In this document: positions 33,228 through 44,878 of the stretch, piece after piece | Position numbering within the stretch: position 1 is the stretch's first letter | Layout: each line of letters starts with the position of its first letter | Source: an uncultured Verrucomicrobiae bacterium | GTDB taxonomy: Bacteria; Verrucomicrobiota; Verrucomicrobiia; Limisphaerales; JAFGQR01 | Length of the DNA: 64,000 nucleotides | Direction: 5' to 3' | NCBI GenBank assembly: GCA_963788655.1 | Contig: CAWBHS010000022.1 | Span: 128,001-192,000, forward strand | Notes under the pieces: generated by a model | Told to the model about the DNA's origin: nothing | What the model saw: the letters and a program-made list of their open reading frames with translations, nothing else | The model's database searches: none | Position numbers and translations under genes: made by a program

Positions 33228-34111
33228 ACGATCGAAAACATGTTTGGTGGGTACTGCTGGTCACGTTCGCCCTCGGCGCCAATGCCCTGGCGCAAGCCAA
33301 AGTCCTTTACGAAAAGACCTCCCCGTACAACACCATCGTGGTGACCGAAGACGAGCACGGGCTGCGCACGTTGCAGTTCGAAAAAAATGGCGCCCGGCAG
33401 AGCGTCGTCCAAGTGGGCGAGCCGGACCATCTCGAACTGCCTTATGTGCGGGCTTCGTTGCTGGGGTTGGTGTTGGTCGAAGAACCGCGCCGGATGCTGG
33501 TCGTCGGGGTGGGCGGCGGCACAATCCCAAGTTTTTTGCACCGGCACTATCCGCGGGCCACGGTGGACGCCGTGGACATTGATCCCGACGTGGTGGCGGT
33601 GGCCCGGCAATTCTTCGGCTTTCAGGAGGATGCCAATCTGCACGCCTACGTGGAAGATGGCCGGCGTTTCATCGAACAGCACACCAACCATTATGATCTG
33701 ATTGTGCTCGACGCTTATGGCTCAGACAGCATCCCCTATCACTTGGCGACGCGCGAGTTTCTTCAGGCCGTGCGCCGCGCGCTGACACCGCGGGGCCTCG
33801 CCGTGGGCAATGTTTGGAGCCGGCCTTCGAACCGGCTCTATGATTCGATGGTGCGCACCTACCAGGACGTCCTTGACCAACTGTACATTTTGGATGCCGC
33901 CGCCACCGGCAACAAAATCTTCTTCGCCATCCCCCGCCCGGAACGTATCCGCCGAAATGACTTGATGCGCCGGGCCAGCGCCGTGTCGCAAGCGAAGCAA
34001 TTCCCGTTGGACCTGGGGGCCCTACTCCGTTACGGCTTCCGGCGCGTGGGGAAGAACAACTTGCGTGGGCATGTGCTGCTGGACAAACCGGCGGAGCCGA
34101 AAAGCGAGTGA
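33224..34111 (+). CDS. Spermidine-synthase-like SAM-dependent transferase with signal peptide
   Basis: [32 protein letters not shown] and HLATREF. Confidence 0.85.
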   Translation: MNDRKHVWWVLLVTFALGANALAQAKVLYEKTSPYNTIVVTEDEHGLRTLQFEKNGARQSVVQVGEPDHLELPYVRASLLGLVLVEEPRRMLVVGVGGGTIPSFLHRHYPRATVDAVDIDPDVVAVARQFFGFQEDANLHAYVEDGRRFIEQHTNHYDLIVLDAYGSDSIPYHLATREFLQAVRRALTPRGLAVGNVWSRPSNRLYDSMVRTYQDVLDQLYILDAAATGNKIFFAIPRPERIRRNDLMRRASAVSQAKQFPLDLGALLRYGFRRVGKNNLRGHVLLDKPAEPKSE

Positions 34112-34240
34112 CACGGCGGCGGTGAACGCCGGGAAGGCGCGGCAATCCCACCGAACCGATGAGCGTGGTCTGGTTCCGATAGCGGCCGCGGACTGCTGCG
34201 CTGATTTCTTCTTTGCTTGAAAGTTCCCTTGATCGGCTGC

Positions 34241-35344
34241 TCACACGTGGAACTTGAACAGCAGCACATCGCCGTCCTGGACGACATAGTCCTTACCTTC
34301 GATGCGGTAGTGGCCTTGTTCCCGGGCGTGGGCAATTGAACCGCCTTCCACCAGATGCCGCCAGTTCACCGTCTCGGCTTTGATGAAGCCGTGCTCGAAG
34401 TCGGTGTGAATTTTGCCGGCGGCCTTGGGCGCCGTATCGCCGGCGGTGATGGTCCAGGCGCGCGTCTCCGTGTCGTTGAAGGTGAAGAATGTCCGCAACC
34501 CGAGCAGTTGGTATGTCCCGCGAATGAGGTTGCTGACGCCGGTTTCGGTGACGCCCAATTCCTGGAGGTACTCGGCGGCTTCAGCCGGCGCCAGGTCGGC
34601 CAGGTCGCTTTCCAATTGGGCACTGAAAACGACCGGGTCGCAACCGTGCTGCGTGCGGGCGTATTCCTGCACGGCTTGCACGTGGGCATTGGCGTCGGCC
34701 GCCGCCAGTTCATTTTCCGTCACATTCGCCACGAACAGGGTGGGCTTGCTGGTCAACAAAAAGAAGCCTTGGGCCAGATGCTTTTCCTCCGGCGTGAAGT
34801 GGTAGGTAATAACCGGCTTGCCGGCGTTGAGATGCGGTTCCAATTTTCGGAGCAACGCTTCCTCGGCCAGGGCGGATTTGTCGCCGCGTTTGGCTTCCTT
34901 GGCAGTCTTCTCGAGGCGTTTATGTACCGCCTCCAGATCGGCAATGACCAGTTCGGTCATGACAATGTCGATGTCGCGCACCGGTTCAACCGAGCCGGTG
35001 ACGTGGTGAATTTCCGAATCTTCGAAGCACCGTACGACGTGGACCAACGCATCGACTTCGCGGATGTGGCTCAAAAACTTATTGCCCAAGCCCTCGCCTT
35101 GTGACGCGCCTTTGACCAGCCCGGCGATATCGACAAACTCCATGGTGGCCGCAATGGCCTGAGGCGTTTTCGTGACTTGCTGCAATTCTCCCAACCGAGG
35201 ATCGGGCACAGTGACGACACCGAGATTGGGTTCAATCGTGCAAAAGGGATAGTTCTCCGTCGCCGCTTTGTGCGCGCGGATCACGGCATTGAACAGAGTG
35301 GACTTCCCCACATTGGGCAATCCCACGATGCCGGCTTTGAGCAT
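34241..35344 (-). CDS. ychF: Obg-family ATPase YchF
   Basis: [55 protein letters not shown] and [11 protein letters not shown]. Confidence 0.93.
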   Translation of the reverse strand: MLKAGIVGLPNVGKSTLFNAVIRAHKAATENYPFCTIEPNLGVVTVPDPRLGELQQVTKTPQAIAATMEFVDIAGLVKGASQGEGLGNKFLSHIREVDALVHVVRCFEDSEIHHVTGSVEPVRDIDIVMTELVIADLEAVHKRLEKTAKEAKRGDKSALAEEALLRKLEPHLNAGKPVITYHFTPEEKHLAQGFFLLTSKPTLFVANVTENELAAADANAHVQAVQEYARTQHGCDPVVFSAQLESDLADLAPAEAAEYLQELGVTETGVSNLIRGTYQLLGLRTFFTFNDTETRAWTITAGDTAPKAAGKIHTDFEHGFIKAETVNWRHLVEGGSIAHAREQGHYRIEGKDYVVQDGDVLLFKFHV

Positions 35345-35629
35345 GGGTAAGTTTAGCGGCAAGACCGCCGCCCGCGGCCAGGAAAAAATCCTCAAAGATG
35401 GACGATCCTTCGGGGCTGAAACCTGTCGCCGGTTCCGAATGGTGCCACTCAAATCCATTTTGCATCGGAGACGTGAACGCTTTCAAAAAACGACAGTCGC
35501 AAATCAATCAGCCTGTCAAAATCCATTCATTCGTGGGCGATACCACCGTCCGCACCGTGCCTGCGGCGTGGTTGCAAAATCTTTGTACAACAATGTCTTC
35601 CGTATCGGAACCTGACCGTTCCGTGGCTC

Positions 35630-35645
35630 TGGCAAATGCTTTGCT
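35630..35645 (+). promoter_or_regulatory. Putative sigma-54 (-24/-12) promoter
   Basis: TGGCAAATGCTTTGCT has GG-N10-GC spacing and ends 22 nt upstream of ATG 35668. Confidence 0.6.
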
Positions 35646-35667
35646 CTAGCCCGCCACCAGCGACAAC

Positions 35668-36096
35668 ATGAAGAAAAGCAAATCAACTAAACCAGTTGGC
35701 CCAGCAACCAACCTTAAATCGAAGCCGGCGGTTTCAACCGCCCCGCAAAAAACAAAAACGACGGCCGTCAAAGGGCCGGTAACTGCCGTTGCGGCCCAAC
35801 CGCGGGCAACGACGACCGCCGCCAAGGCAATGACGCCGCCGGCGCGCACCCGGATCGAAGCGATCATCGACGTGGGATTCGGCAACCATCTGCACATTCG
35901 CGGCCAAGGGCCGGGATTGAATTGGGATCAAGGAACCCCCATGCAATGTGTGGACGGCGTCAAATGGGTCTGGACCAGCCCCGGGGCCAACCAAGCCATC
36001 GCCTTCAAAGTGCTGCTCAACGATCAAGTTTGGGCCCATGGAGACAACGCCATGGCCTCGCCCGGCCAAACGTTGCAGATCACCCCGGTTTTCTAA
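35668..36096 (+). CDS. Small protein with a Lys/Ala/Thr/Pro-rich N-terminus and a CBM20-like C-terminal domain
   Basis: Low-complexity basic tail followed by IDVGFGNHLHIRG..PGLNWDQG..M...W.W....FKVLLND..W..G.N. Confidence 0.7.
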   Translation: MKKSKSTKPVGPATNLKSKPAVSTAPQKTKTTAVKGPVTAVAAQPRATTTAAKAMTPPARTRIEAIIDVGFGNHLHIRGQGPGLNWDQGTPMQCVDGVKWVWTSPGANQAIAFKVLLNDQVWAHGDNAMASPGQTLQITPVF

Positions 36097-36577
36097 TACC
36101 GGACCCGCCGCGTTCCGGCCGGCACGTGCCGAACTGTTACTCGGAAATTGTCGAATGCGTACCGAAATTCCAGCCGCCACGGGTGGCTGGATGAGCGGGG
36201 CGTCCGACGGTTTCCGCGGCTTTCGGGGACGGGGTGCCCGCCTGGACGGGGCCGCGTTCGAAGGTCAACCACGCGAATCTGTCGCCGCCAAGTGGGCACG
36301 GCGATTGTGCCCTCAGTGGGCCGCCGGGCCGCGTTGATCGGTATTCTTCTGTAGAATTCAGTATTCAGTTGCATAAGTCACGTGGGGACCGGGCGCTATT
36401 GCCGCGGAGGATTTACCCGTCTCGACGCATGCCCGCCCCGTGGACTGATCCCATTCCGGCACCGAGAATGTTGGATTCCGGGCTGCGGCTCCGGTCCCCA
36501 TTCGATACAGAAGAAAAACGGACGCACGATTACCGTAAACGTGCCGGATAACCCTTGGCCGTATGTATGCATTGACT

Positions 36578-36724
36578 GTGGCTGCGTTCGTGAGAACGCG
36601 GCTGACTTTAAAGGGAGCCACTGCGCCAACGGCAGCACTGGTCACCGGCAAGTGACCGGATTGCCTTCGCCTGGAGCAGGCGTTTGACCGCGCTGGTCAG
36701 CCGCGTTCTCACGAACGCAGCTAC
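36578..36724. repeat. GTAG-type REP doublet, family D
   Basis: GTGGCTGCGTTCGTGAGAACGCGGCTGAC (36578-36606) is inverted relative to GTCAGCCGCGTTCTCACGAACGCAGCTAC (36696-36724). Confidence 0.8.
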
Positions 36725-36765
36725 TCCAACTGAATCGTACGACTTAGCCGGAATGGTGGCGCGGA

Positions 36766-38205
36766 TTAGAAACTCAGCAGCAACTGCCAGATGTACATGT
36801 TGCCGAGGGCTTCAGTGTCCTCCCAGATCTTCTGCACGAGTTTCGGGTCGCCCGTGATCTCCGGCAACTCTTTGGCTTTCTCTTCCCATGGAAAACATAC
36901 GCCCGGTCGGATGCGGGTTGCGGGATGGCCGGTGAGCCCCTTGAGCTGTTTCCGGTCGGACTCGGATGCCGGCACCGCGCACGGTGGCGTGCTGCCCAGG
37001 CTCGAACTGCCGGATGAATACACCCCGAACTCGCGCGTGGTTTCCGTCAGCGCGATCAAGTTCTCGGTGCTGGTGTCATTCTGCATGATGGCGGACGCAT
37101 CCATGATGTAACCGCCGTCCCGGGCCACTTCTTCCATGACGCGCCGGCAAAACGCGCGGACTTCCTCCGGTTTGCCGTAGCTGAGCATCGCATTGGGAAC
37201 GCCGCCGCTGAGGCAGAATTTGTCGCCGATTTTCCGATGCACATCGAACACGTCGTCGCGATCCACATGATACACGATGCTGCGTTCGGGCAGTTCGTGA
37301 AACCGGTCCAAGTGATAATTCCAATTGCCCTCGGCATAGAACAACGTCTGATGCCCGTGCTTCCAGAATTCCTCGATGATGGGTTTCAACGTCGGCCAGT
37401 AATGCGAATCAAATTGTCGGGGATTGATGAACGGCACGCAGCCGCGGTGCATCCAGAAGCCGATGGGCACCTGCCGGTTCGGATCGGCGGTGGTCAGCCC
37501 GACGTGACACAGGTGTGGCATCAAGGCTTCGCAAGCGCGCAGCACCTTGTCCGGCTGCGTGTGCATATCCATCGTCAGGCCAACGTAGCCGCGCAATTTG
37601 TCCGCCAGAATGTCGAACGGCGCTTTGAAGATGCCCGCGATGGAGGAAACCGTGCCGCACTCGGTCTTGAGGCGGTTGATCTGCGGTCCGAACGCGGTGA
37701 AATAACTCAGCATGGCCATGGCACTTTTTACCAAGGCCAGGTTGTTGCGGTACGTGGATGGCTGGCCAATCCGGCTGATTTCGGTCGAAACGCGCGGGAG
37801 CCAAACATTGTAAAGGAAGCCGGTGGGATCATCGATCAAGGCATCGTATTCGTCCTCGCGCATGAACGCCTGGTCTTCCGGCGGCTCGATGTAATTGAAG
37901 CCCACGTCGTGGGGAATCCCAATGCCGGGAATACCGTAATAGCGCAGTCCCGCCGCCTGGGCCAGACCGGTCCACACATACACCATGTTGGGCACGACGG
38001 CGTCCCAGTCGAAGTCTTTGGCGCACTTGATCGCGGCTTCGAAAGCCTTCGTGTAATCGTGGGCCACTTCCTGGCAGGTATAACCCGCATACTTGGCGGT
38101 GAACTCCGCCACAAACGGCCGGATCGGTACGCGGTCCGGCTTTTCATTGCGCATGGCGGTGACGTATCGGTTGAGGCGCTCCTGGTAAAGTTGCTCGGTG
38201 TTCAT
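36766..38205 (-). CDS. Uroporphyrinogen-decarboxylase-fold protein (MtaA/CmuA-like family)
   Basis: EKPDRVPI, FMREDEYD, APFDILADKLRG, FDSHYWPTLK, CLSGGVP and RDGGYIM. Confidence 0.8.
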   Translation of the reverse strand: MNTEQLYQERLNRYVTAMRNEKPDRVPIRPFVAEFTAKYAGYTCQEVAHDYTKAFEAAIKCAKDFDWDAVVPNMVYVWTGLAQAAGLRYYGIPGIGIPHDVGFNYIEPPEDQAFMREDEYDALIDDPTGFLYNVWLPRVSTEISRIGQPSTYRNNLALVKSAMAMLSYFTAFGPQINRLKTECGTVSSIAGIFKAPFDILADKLRGYVGLTMDMHTQPDKVLRACEALMPHLCHVGLTTADPNRQVPIGFWMHRGCVPFINPRQFDSHYWPTLKPIIEEFWKHGHQTLFYAEGNWNYHLDRFHELPERSIVYHVDRDDVFDVHRKIGDKFCLSGGVPNAMLSYGKPEEVRAFCRRVMEEVARDGGYIMDASAIMQNDTSTENLIALTETTREFGVYSSGSSSLGSTPPCAVPASESDRKQLKGLTGHPATRIRPGVCFPWEEKAKELPEITGDPKLVQKIWEDTEALGNMYIWQLLLSF

Positions 38206-38362
38206 AATCGTGCGATGTGCGGAGACTAGAAACCGTCCGCCGCCGAAGCGAGCAGAAAATCGGTTGTGCGCAGATTCCCGCCGTCAGGCGAACTGGGCAA
38301 CGTTCCGCCTAATCGGCGAGCTCTGAACCGGAGTTTTCAAACCCGGTCGTAATGCGGCGTCG

Positions 38363-40144
38363 CTATTCCCACCCAATTCGGCGGCCCTGGTTTTGTGTCT
38401 GCAACCACGCCATGAGCGGTTGGTAATACTCGACCATGGCCCGGGTGGAGAGTTCTTCGCCGGTGGCATCCCGCAGGACTTGGCGCCAATCTTCCGTGGC
38501 GCCTTTCCGCATAATGCGGCGGAGGAAATCCCCGACCGCTGGGTGGTCCGCGTAGCTGCAATGCTGCGGCGGTTGGTGAAGAATTTTGCGGGCGATATGC
38601 TCGTGCAGTTGGAACTTCAATACCGTGGCGATGGCGTAGGAATAATAGTAACAGGGATTGTCGTTGATGTGCGTCTTGGTCGCCGCATCACAATATTCTT
38701 CGCCGCGCGGCTCCGGCGGTTCAACGCCTTGAAACTGCCGCACATATTGCCACCAGCGCGCGTTCCATTGATCGGGCGAAAGCTGATGGGCATACACGTC
38801 CGCTTCCCAATGCGTCATGGTGCCGGAAGCCCAAAAAATAAAAGGCACCGTGGTCGTCAGCGCATTGTTCAACAGGAACGCAATATCGTCGGCCTGGAAG
38901 TCGGCCGGCAACACGCCCACCGCCTTGAGATACGGCACCTGCCCGCAGGCCAGCGCCGCCAGTTCGCCCATGCCTTCGTGAAACGCCGGATTGGCGCCGG
39001 TGCGCAACAAGGGCGGCACTTCCGGCCGGCTGTAGCTCAGATCATAGAAAGCGTGCCCCAACTCGTGGTGTGCCGTTTCAAACCATTGCCAGTTCGGTTC
39101 GACACTCATCAGCGAGCGAATGTCATGCTCCAGGTCAAGGTGCCAGCAGGAGGCGTGCGTGTTCTTCTTGCGCGCCGATCCTGGCGGCACCGGGTACAGA
39201 TCAGAGCGTTGCCAAAAACTGGCCGGCAACGGCGCAAAACCCAGGCCGGTCCAGAATTGTTCCGCCGTTTTCACGATCCATTCCGGGGAACGGCCTTGGA
39301 ACCGGTCGTCCAGCTTGGCGGCGTCAATGATACCACTCCACTCCTGCGCCCAACGGTTGTTGAGCCAATGCGCCGGAATCCGGTTGGGCACCGGCTGACC
39401 GTAACGGCGGGCCAGTTCGTATTTCACCCAGGTGTGCAGTTGCAGGTAAAGCGGCCGCAGCTCGCGCATGAAACTGTCCTGCAACCGCACCATCTCCTCG
39501 GTGGACATGCCGAACCGCGCCACCTGCAAGGCGAAATAATCCGGATAGCCGAGTTCCTTGGCGACGCCGTTCCGCAACCCGCGCAACTTCACGAGCCCGG
39601 GCTTCAACGCCGGGCCGGATTGTTTGGACGTTTCCCAAACCGACCGGCGCAGGGTGAGGTCGCGGTTGGTCAACAGCAGATTATCGATCTCATTCGGCGT
39701 GATCGGCTGGTCGTTGAGCCGGAAGACAAATGAATTGAGCGTCGAAGATTGTTTCGTTTCCGCGGCGATGCGAGCCGCCACGAGTTCGGGATTGGTCATC
39801 GGACCTTCGGCGGCGTTGAGCAGGGCCTGTTCGAGTTGGCGAACGGTGAGCGGCTTGAGTTCCGACCGGTGTTGCAGGAGGGTCCTGGCTTCCTGGATCA
39901 GCGCGGGATTGCCGGTGAACGCCGCGCGCGCCTTGCCGGCCACTTCCGCCGCGGCATCGTGAACCGGCGTGACGTCCGTGGCCGCATCCCATTGCGCCTC
40001 GTTCTCGACGCGACTCAATGCCTGGTAGCCCGCGTTGGCCAATTTAAGGAAACTGTCCGCGCGGTCCTGGAAGGCTTCCGCTCCGCGAACCGGAGTGCCG
40101 CCAGCCAGTATCGCTAGTAAGATCGTAGGCACGACTTGTTTCAT
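38363..40144 (-). CDS. Peptidyl-dipeptidase A (M2, ACE-like) zinc metallopeptidase, exported
   Basis: IPAHWLNNRWAQEW, HASCW, HHELGH, RTGANPAFHEGMGE and KTHI..NPCYY. Confidence 0.92.
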   Translation of the reverse strand: MKQVVPTILLAILAGGTPVRGAEAFQDRADSFLKLANAGYQALSRVENEAQWDAATDVTPVHDAAAEVAGKARAAFTGNPALIQEARTLLQHRSELKPLTVRQLEQALLNAAEGPMTNPELVAARIAAETKQSSTLNSFVFRLNDQPITPNEIDNLLLTNRDLTLRRSVWETSKQSGPALKPGLVKLRGLRNGVAKELGYPDYFALQVARFGMSTEEMVRLQDSFMRELRPLYLQLHTWVKYELARRYGQPVPNRIPAHWLNNRWAQEWSGIIDAAKLDDRFQGRSPEWIVKTAEQFWTGLGFAPLPASFWQRSDLYPVPPGSARKKNTHASCWHLDLEHDIRSLMSVEPNWQWFETAHHELGHAFYDLSYSRPEVPPLLRTGANPAFHEGMGELAALACGQVPYLKAVGVLPADFQADDIAFLLNNALTTTVPFIFWASGTMTHWEADVYAHQLSPDQWNARWWQYVRQFQGVEPPEPRGEEYCDAATKTHINDNPCYYYSYAIATVLKFQLHEHIARKILHQPPQHCSYADHPAVGDFLRRIMRKGATEDWRQVLRDATGEELSTRAMVEYYQPLMAWLQTQNQGRRIGWE

Positions 40145-40207
40145 GCCGTCGAAATTAACGGTGGTCGTTTTAAACACCAATCTTAAAGCCAATGGCGTTG
40201 GCGGGTT

Positions 40208-43200
40208 TTACGGGTAAACGATTCGCTCGCTTACACAATCCGCATACCCGTTCGGTGCCAAGTAGTGGCCTTGAATCGAAACCGGCGTGGCGATTACCGA
40301 AACCGTCGCGCTGAATTGCCCGTTCTCGTTCACTGTTGCCTCGAAGTATTGTTCGTCTCCCTCCGTAGCCAGAACGACCAGGACCTTACCCCCGGGCACC
40401 GGTTGCGCATTGTTCACCCGAATGATTTGCCCGCTCACCGTGGTCAGCGGATCAAAGGCGAACGTGTTGAAGCGGGTGGAGTAGCCGGTCACAATGCGCG
40501 CGGAAACGCCTCCCAGGTCGGTGAACTCTTCGTCCGGTTCATCGGCCAGCCGTTTAACAACGGCATTGATGGACACGTCGTTGGGCAGGGAAATGTAACG
40601 CTCCAAACTCGGATCCCATACCGGATCTTCTTCATAGGCATATTCAAACATCACTTGAATGTTACGGCTTTCGCCCGCTTGCAACTGCACCCAGGTGTGT
40701 TCGAGAAAGGTCCGGAACAACGGCGTCGTGCTCTTCGCCACGCGCACTTGCGCGCGGACGGGTTCGTTGAAAGGGTTTTGAATCTTGATGGAAGTGATCT
40801 CGCGGGACGGTGGTGACGCCTTCTCGGAGTTGAAATAGTCGTAATTGGACTGGGCCCGGTTGTTGTATTCGGTCACCTCGATTTTGGAGTTGGGGCCGGG
40901 CGTCTGGTAATGCCGGATGCGCGCTTCAATGCAATAGTGCCCGGTCGCACCTGGCATCCAGATCGTGTTGAATTCGACGGTCTGATTGGCGGGCACATCG
41001 TGCTGGTCCGAACCAATGCGGACGGGTTGCGTGCCGGAACTGTTCACGGTGTAATCAATCACGTAAAAGTCCACCCAGACGCCGGGCGCATTGAGGTCGC
41101 CGCGGTTGGTGATTCTGGCAATCAGGGTATTGTGGTGGTTGACCCACGGCACATTCCGCCATTTGGGATCGGCCTGGTTTTTGGCGTTTCGCACCTCAAT
41201 GTCCGGACTTTGGTAAACCGGCGGATTCCACGGTCGAATCGAGGGATCGGGCTGACTATCCACACCATAGCGAATGCGAACTTCCGCTTTTGTCCCATCA
41301 ATCGAGATCACTTCCGCGGAGAAGTCCGTGGGAAAGTTCGGCGTCGAAATGTCCTGTTCGGAATAATCCTGCCCCGCTCCGAGAATGGGCCCGTCGCCAT
41401 CGCTGTCCTTGGCCAATCCCATGACGGGCTTGCGACGCATGCTGTCTTCGAAGTTCTGGGCGAACGTGACTTCGGTTCCCAAGACGCGATCATTGGTGGG
41501 AATCGGCGGATTGCCATACCAGAGGTTTTGGTCGCCGATTTGGGTGGGTTGCGCGGTGCGGTATTCAAAATAGTAGTTCCAGTCGGGCGCGATCCGGATT
41601 TCGATTCCGGAATAACGACCCGCGGGCGGATTGGCGAGTTCAACCGGGTGCAGGGTCACAATCTCATCCACGAACCCGCCGATTGCCTGGAAGTTAAACA
41701 GTCGAAGCGCCGACTGGGGCACCCAACCCAAGAGCATTCGATGGACGAGTGCGGGATGGGGCAACTCACCTTGGCGGGCCATGAGGTCCATGCCCCAGAG
41801 TTCGCGGTCCCGAATCTCTTGGGGATGGCCATCCCATTGATAGAGATCACCCAAGCCGAGATTGTGTCCCAGTTCATGCGCGAGCGTCGCGCTCAACCAA
41901 AGGGGAGCGCCATCGGCCGGCAGATCCACCGTTCCCAACGCAATGTCGCCCTCGGCCACTTTGGCGACTATGGAGTCCGCGTGCGCCCACACACTGTTGC
42001 TCGAAGTGGATTTGATGATGCAAGCCAGCGATTGAAATTGCGAATAATCAATCAGGGAATCCCCGGCCGCGGCGCACGCATCCCAAAGACTGCTTTTGTA
42101 CTCGCCATCGTCTTCGAGATAATCGCTCCAGGTCCCGGGCAGGCTGACGGGGCCAAACACCTGACCGGTGACGCTGAACTTGTCATAAGAGGCTTCGCGA
42201 TAATAGTGCGCGGTGCTGACCAGCCGCCCATTATGCAACCGGCCGTTAAAGGCCACATCCTCCCAGAGATTGGTCAAGGTGGAGATTTCGCTTTGACTAA
42301 ATCGCTGGGAACTGGTGTCCAGCAGCAAAACGGCAACGTGCTGGGTTCCCATCGCCGGAATGACGTTGAAGTTTTCCGGGAGCGGTGGGGGAGCCGCCGC
42401 CCCAAGTGGCGCCGCGCACGCCGGGGAGCACGAAATCGCCCGCCACCCAGCGCGAGGGGCCGTCCCGTTCGTTGGGCCACCGGGTGGTAATTGAATATTG
42501 GGCTTGTCCCCGGATCAGGCCGGTCGCCTTTTCCACTGCCTGCAATTGATACGTGCCGGGTTCATATCCTGCCAGCAGCATGATGTCCGGGTGCGCCGGA
42601 TCGAACTCATCATCGCGGGACAAAGAAACCGTTCCTCCGCGAGCCCCCGCCGGCACCACAAATTCCAAATCGTCCAGCGTCAAGCCGCTGCTCGGTGCCA
42701 TTTGCACGGGTACCTTGACGTAGGAGCCAAGATACAGCGGGGTCTGCGTAAGCCCCACCAAAGTCACTTCCGATTTGGCAATGAGAACGGTGTACATCCC
42801 ATTGTTTCCTTCGCCGGTAACATAGTTGCCACCCAACGTAACCACACCAGGAGGAAAGGATTTGCGGTAGAGACTGTGCGTCGTCGGCCCAATCATCAGA
42901 TCCAATCCCGAATCCTGGAAATCCGCCAACCAAGCCGGCCGGTTTAGGTAACGATCATCGTAAACGACATAGACGGTCACTGGTTGCGAGACCTGGAAAC
43001 TGAGAAACGTGGCCGAGGTGTCGAACTTATCATCATTAGCCGTCACGAGATAGGTGGCCCCTTGCACCTCGGGCGGGACGTTCGCATACAGAAATTCCCG
43101 GTCGCTGTAAGCCGGAATGCCGGTCTGCAAACCGGTGATGACGGGGTAATCACGGCCTGATTCCACACTGACACCGGTAACGAGCGGTTGGAGCACGGCC

Positions 43201-43871
43201 TGGTAAAAGCTGGTTGGCCCGGAAGCATCCAACTCCACGTAATTGGTGTTGTTCAATTGCACGACGGGCACATCCATCCGCGCCCAATTCACCAGGTCCG
43301 TCGCCGTGTTGAGCACCACATCGGCAAACGAATCCGGCCAACTGAGTTCGAGTCGCCCTTCGGGCAGGGGACGGAGGCGTATCGCCGGCAACGCTTCCGT
43401 GCGAACAAACGTGAGTTGGTCAACCCAGGCCCGATCCAGGTTATGGCTTTGAGAAACATCCTTGGTATAGCGCCAACGTAGCAAATGCGTTCCGGCTGCG
43501 ATGGAAAACGACTCCGGGGCCCAATCCATTTCTCCCGAAATTCGCGTCGCCAATTGGCCATCCAACCAAAACTCCAGAAAGTCAAACGTGGGCTCGGAAG
43601 ACACTTTCCACCAAAAGCCCACCTCCCCCGGCCCGACCAGCGTGGTTTGAAGCCAGGATTCCTCGAGGTCACCAACAGCACCGCTCTCGGCGGCATCGCC
43701 GTCGAAATGGGTGACCAACGCCTGGCCGAACCAAAGATTACTCCCGCCCGTGGACCAATTCAGCGCCGGCGCATCGAGCGCGTCACCCAAACTCAGGGCC
43801 GCGGCTTGAGGGTTGAGGGCGAAGACGGTACATGACACTACCGCGCCGAATAACGATGCTATTGATTTCAT
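40208..43871 (-). CDS. Large secreted M6-like zinc metalloprotease, frameshifted near 42379
   Basis: Signal peptide and accessory beta domains, then YYREASY, LAHELGHNLGLGDLY zincin motif and EYNNRAQSN Ig/CARDB-like tail. Deleting one C restores APENFNVIPAMGTQ. Confidence 0.8.
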
Positions 43872-44016
43872 AAGTAATTTTGACCGCTCAATTCATGGAC
43901 TCTCCCGGATTCGTTTTCTGCACTTGCCCATTTATCCGAACACATTTTGACCATGGTAAAAATGCCTTCCGGACGAAAGCATGGATACCAAGTTTCGCAA
44001 CGACTCAACACTTCGA

Positions 44017-44878
44017 TCAGCCCGGAGGCTGTCCGAGCGTTTCGGCGGCAATCAGCTCCCAGTATGCCTGACGAAGCTTGTCCACCAACGGCGATTCGGC
44101 CAACGGCACGCCATCCAGACTTACCGCCGTCACCAGACCCAAGGTGCTTAAGGTCAGAAACACTCCCATAGCCTTGGGCAAGGATGCGCGGTCAATGTTC
44201 GTTTCTTGAAAGGGCACTCCCGAGAGATCGGCAGAGCTCAATCACCGCCGCTCGCGTCACTCCTGCCAGCAATCCGGCGCCCAGCGGTGGCGTGCAAACC
44301 GTTTCCCCTTCCAGCCAAAACAAATTGCTGCTTGCCGCTTCGGTCACGGCACCGTCGGTGTTGAGCAGCAACGCTTCATCAGCGCCTTGGTCCTCGGCCT
44401 CCAGGCGCGCGAGGATTTGGGGCAGTTTGTTGGCGGACTTGACTCTGGCCATGGGATCGTTGACCGGAACTCGAAGGGAGGACGTGATCAGCCGCCAACG
44501 GGGCGCTGGCGCAGGTCCTGCGGGGGGCGGTTCGTGCAAAGTCATCACCAGGGTCGGCGCGCTCGCTGACCGGGTCGAGTAACCTCGCGCGCCCACGCCA
44601 CGAGACAATGTCAGACGCAAGACCGCCTCCGGCATCTGATTTCGCCGAATCAACTCGGCCGCGTAATGACCCAGCGCGGCGCGCGCGAACGGCATTTGCA
44701 GGCGCAACAATTCGGCTCCTTCGTGAAGACGATCAATGTGCTGGTCCCAACGAAACACCTTCCCTTGGCGGACCAACATCGTTTCGAACAGCCCATCGCC
44801 GTACAGAAAGCCTCGGTCCAAAACCGAAACCACCGCCCGGTCTTCCGGCACGAACTGGCCGTTGAGGAAAACAATCAT
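44017..44878 (-). CDS. pabC: Aminodeoxychorismate lyase / class IV aminotransferase, frameshifted near 44220
   Basis: DRGFLYGDGLFET, HIDRL, KSAN, EAASSNLF and LLAGVTR. The C-terminus GVFLTLS..G continues in ORF 44017-44241. Coupled to pabB. Confidence 0.8.

Noticed and set aside
36766..38205. hemE as part of a heme pathway with hemB
   Set aside because: Length and motifs fit the broader UROD-fold/methyltransferase-like family, not canonical HemE (no WxMRQAGR motif), and it lies 16 kb from hemB.
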